Source: Kineococcus radiotolerans SRS30216 = ATCC BAA-149
GTDB lineage: Bacteria > Actinomycetota > Actinomycetes > Actinomycetales > Kineococcaceae
Assembly: GCF_000017305.1 (NCBI RefSeq)
Contig: NC_009664.2
Span: forward strand, 2,670,001 to 2,702,000
DNA length: 32,000 bases
Direction of reading: 5' to 3'
In this document: positions 31,353 through 32,000 of the stretch, one piece after another
Layout: the number at the start of each line of letters is the position of its first letter
How positions within the stretch are numbered: the stretch's first letter is position 1
The notes under the pieces: generated by a model
The model's database searches: none
Seen by the model: only the letters and a program-made list of their open reading frames with translations
Told to the model about the DNA's origin: nothing
Made by a program: the position numbers and the translations under genes

Positions 31353-31751
31353 GTGACCGATGCCCTCACCGAGGGGGAGCTGCGCTTCCTCCAGCAGACC
31401 TTCGAGCTGGCCCGCGAGGGCGACACCGCCGAGCTGACCGCCCGCCTCGACGCCGGCGTGCCGGTGAACCTCACCAACTCCGGCGGGGACACCCTGCTGA
31501 TCCTCGCGGCGTACCACGCGCACGCCGGGACGGTCCGGGCCCTGCTCGAGCGCGGGGCCGACCACGGGCGGGTCAACGACAAGGGCCAGACCGCCCTGGG
31601 GGCGGCGGTGTTCCGCCGGGCCGCCGACATCGTCACCGCGCTGCTGGACGCCGGGGCCGACCCGGAGCTGGGGCGGCAGTCCGGGGTCGCCGTGGCGCAG
31701 GTGTTCGACCTGCCCGAGATGGCGGAGCTGCTGCGCACGCACCGCCCCTGA
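31353..31751 (+). CDS. Ankyrin-repeat protein (about 3 repeats).
   Basis: GDTLLILAAYHAHAGTVRALLERGAD...DKGQTALGAAVFRRAADIVTALLDAGADP is the canonical ANK consensus (G-TPLH-AA..GH...V..LL..GA). AGGA lies 7 nt upstream of the GTG. Confidence 0.8.
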   Translation: MTDALTEGELRFLQQTFELAREGDTAELTARLDAGVPVNLTNSGGDTLLILAAYHAHAGTVRALLERGADHGRVNDKGQTALGAAVFRRAADIVTALLDAGADPELGRQSGVAVAQVFDLPEMAELLRTHRP

Positions 31752-31807
31752 CCGCAGCTGCGGCGTCCGGCCCCCCTCCCGGCCGCAGGTGCGGTTAGAG
31801 TCGGGGG

Positions 31808-32000
31808 GTGCCGCTGTACCGGGTCCGTGACGCCGCCGACCTGCTCGGCGTCTCCGACGACACCGTCCGCCGCTGGGTCGACGCCGGGTCGCTGCCGAGC
31901 ACCCGGGACGGCAGCGGGCGCAGCGTCGTCGAGGGGGCCGACCTCGCCCGGTTCGCCGTCGAGCACGCCGCCTCGGCCGCGACCGACACCACCGCCGTGG
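31808..32000 (+). CDS. Partial CDS (runs off the window end). MerR/excisionase-type HTH DNA-binding domain, possibly the N-terminus of a ModE/TOBE-type regulator.
   Basis: GTG at 31808. Translation: VPLYRVRDAADLLGVSDDTVRRWVDAGSLPSTRDGSGRSVVEGADLARF. High GC3. Not in the ORF track because there is no stop in the window. Confidence 0.55.
   Translation, partial: MPLYRVRDAADLLGVSDDTVRRWVDAGSLPSTRDGSGRSVVEGADLARFAVEHAASAATDTTAV

Noticed and set aside
1-32000. Search by eye for CRISPR arrays, tRNA/rRNA genes, IS elements, integrases, phage genes, toxin-antitoxin pairs or defence-system hallmarks.
   Set aside because: I found no repeat-spacer architecture, cloverleaf-compatible segment, transposase/integrase/recombinase motifs, terminal inverted repeats flanking a gene, or GC-content island. 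The window reads as core metabolic chromosome. An eye scan cannot exclude small ncRNAs.

Overview
The window looks like very GC-rich chromosomal DNA, probably from an actinomycete. This rests on pervasive G/C third-codon positions, many GTG starts, and frequent 4-nt GTGA or 1-nt TGATG stop/start overlaps. I support about 36 protein-coding genes. I found no rRNA, tRNA, CRISPR array, transposase or integrase. All family assignments come from reading motifs in the ORF translations; no database search was possible.

Layout, left to right:
1. Partial GAF-type regulator, then a C-N hydrolase, GntR/FCD regulator, MHS-type MFS transporter, and a divergent DUF2848-like plus cupin pair.
2. prfC.
3. A minus-strand four-gene polyol-type operon behind an AraC gene: degenerate mannitol-dehydrogenase paralogue, SDR, intact mannitol-2-dehydrogenase-family enzyme, HAD phosphatase.
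4. A DUF2000-like plus DUF1684-like pair divergent from AraC.
5. xthA plus a helical hypothetical protein.
6. A second GntR/FCD regulator plus an SDR.
7. An eight-gene minus-strand operon with no intergenic bases: lipoprotein SBP, two ABC permeases, a GH95 alpha-L-fucosidase-like enzyme, and the non-phosphorylative L-fucose pathway (FAH-family hydrolase, L-fuconate dehydratase, SDR, aldo-keto reductase).
8. A divergent CE7 acetyl esterase followed by pyrE, a short LemA-like protein and an RlmA-type rRNA methyltransferase.
9. YigZ/IMPACT, DedA, hotdog thioesterase, a second DedA, an ankyrin-repeat protein, and a partial MerR-type HTH gene.

Most notable observations:
- The mannitol-dehydrogenase paralogue is intact but every catalytic-motif residue is substituted, and it is translationally coupled into the polyol operon.
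- The palindrome core TCGTC-N-GACGA occurs in only two places that I saw: the GntR/xthA divergent promoter and the promoter of the fucose operon 11 kb away. This predicts the regulator-operator pair.
- The conserved zinc-ribbon of the rRNA methyltransferase lies upstream of any canonical start codon, which implies a CTG start inside a CTGA overlap.
- Several strong intergenic repeats and palindromes are listed under findings.

Nothing resembles a known defence or mobile system. The novelty here is metabolic and regulatory, and it is hypothesis-level.
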